Assembly (NCBI GenBank): GCA_964252035.1
Contig: OZ176202.1
Origin: Podarcis erhardii
Taxonomy: Eukaryota
Strand: one strand, 5' to 3'
Length of the DNA: 64,000 bases
Shown: piece after piece, positions 62,554-64,000 of the stretch
Layout: each line of letters starts with the position of its first letter
Position numbering within the stretch: the first letter of the stretch is position 1
The notes under the pieces: model-generated
What the model saw: only the letters and a program-made list of their open reading frames with translations
The model's database searches: none
What the model was told of the DNA's origin: nothing
Translations under genes and position numbers: made by a program

Positions 62554-62646
62554 CCCAAACATTTACAGCTAGATGAACAAAGTTCTGCCTTAGGTGTTCA
62601 TTTGGTTTCTGTACTGTTCTAAATCTGTCTTTATCTGGTAAATGGC
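62554..62646 (-). CDS. Candidate 93-nt symmetric exon (GHLPDKDRFRTVQKPNEHLRQNFVHLAVNVW), gene unknown
   Basis: Minus strand: ccttttacatgtgtttcaag|GCCATT...TTTGGG|gtgagg. One open frame, phase 1-1. Confidence 0.25.
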
Positions 62647-64000
62647 CTTGAAACACATGTAAAAGGTGTTGGGGTAGTGATAATGACAACTTTTAACCCA
62701 CCAAGCAGGTGCTAGTAAAGCCAGGTGGGGTTTGGGGATGGGAGGGTGCCTGGTTTTCTAAGAGTGTGACCATATAGCTGTCTGACCATAGACACGAGCA
62801 GAAAAAGGTCTCCAGTAATGGTGCCATTTTTCTAGTGCTGCTTAATGATTTCATTTGGTTCACATTTTTAAGTGAATTGACATGTGTCACACTTCCAGAT
62901 AAATTCATGGATCAGAATGCAATTATCACCTCCCTCTCACACTTTCACACTTCTCTGAATCTTGCCCTACAATTCTTGGTTAAAACAATGAATCAAAATG
63001 TGTATAAAAAGACCCATTTAAGGTTAATATGTGTGCAAAAAACCCACATTCTAACAAATGTGAATTTTCATGTAGTTTTTTTCTTTTTAATTACAGTTTG
63101 ATGCAGAAATAGGCTAGAACAAATTATGAATGAATACACACAGTACTGACACAGATGAGAAATAAGACTGATCTGGCCATCTCTAAGCTTCCTCCAAATA
63201 ACTCACCCTTGGCAGTATCTGTATGGATAACACCATAATAAGACTCCCATGGCTGCAAATTGTATCCTTTTGTGTCCTAGGATTTGAAAAATATTTAAGT
63301 AATCACAGTTTCTGACTTATCATCTGATAATGCCTGGGAATTGGTGACCCAAGGGACTAATTCCAAACATTACCAGAAAATGACACTGCTCGTGCCAGTG
63401 GAAGTGTATTGGCAAATGTAAACTGTAATACAAGAGCATTTGCTAGCAATCTGGACATCTGCTGCTTTCCACCATTATTATTTAAGGTGCGGAAGGGTGG
63501 ACAGCTGCTTTCAAAAGACTTCCATACTTCCACTTGTCCCATGTCTAGAAAGTACGGCTCCAAGAGGATTTTGTTACAGATAGGTTCTTAGGCTTCTGGG
63601 CATGTAAATTGAAGGCTGTTGAGGCTAGGATTGTGCAAAGATGGTACTGCTGGACTATGCCTAGAAGTTAATGGAATATGTCAGGTTCCATTTCTCATGA
63701 GGAAATTGTTCTACCTTAGCTAAATCCTGGATTCTAGTTGTGGTGGATTTGGGTGCCATCTGTACAGAAATTTTGTATAAAGATGAACAAAATCAACTAC
63801 GAATGTTATTGAGTGTTCCATATATTTTAATGCATACTTGTTTACATTTTTATGGTGCACAGAGTAGGAAGTAGCAGGGGGATTTGTTACTCATTAAAAA
63901 CAAGCTTACACCCTGTGCCTAATGAGCCATCAATGTGTAATCTATTCACAGACAATTTAGAAGAGAAAGGACAGCTGTACTAATATTCCCCATCTTAACT

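Overview
Vertebrate genomic DNA, almost certainly a squamate and most likely a lacertid lizard. This is inferred from four Sauria-type SINEs plus the CR1, L2, RTE and MITE families typical of lizards. The window is AT-rich intronic or intergenic sequence with a 131-N assembly gap (6623-6753). I could not name any gene. Several minus-strand exon-like segments have good splice signals, and some can be chained in phase, but this is tentative. Most ORF-track entries are spurious or repeat-derived. The best-supported notable items are: (1) two related short L1-like retroelements (2.1 kb and 1.66 kb) that keep a CpG-rich 5' end, a poly(A) signal, an A-tail and long TSDs but have no EN/RT, suggesting a non-autonomous family; (2) a TA-flanked MITE carrying three consecutive GC-rich hairpins; (3) an inverted pair of full-length Sauria SINEs; (4) a solo-LTR-like element; (5) a 5S-rRNA-like retro-fragment; (6) a GC-box/CRE/TATA cluster. 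Repeat family names come from recalled consensus sequences, not from a database search. No CRISPR array, prokaryotic system, or intact rRNA/tRNA gene is present.
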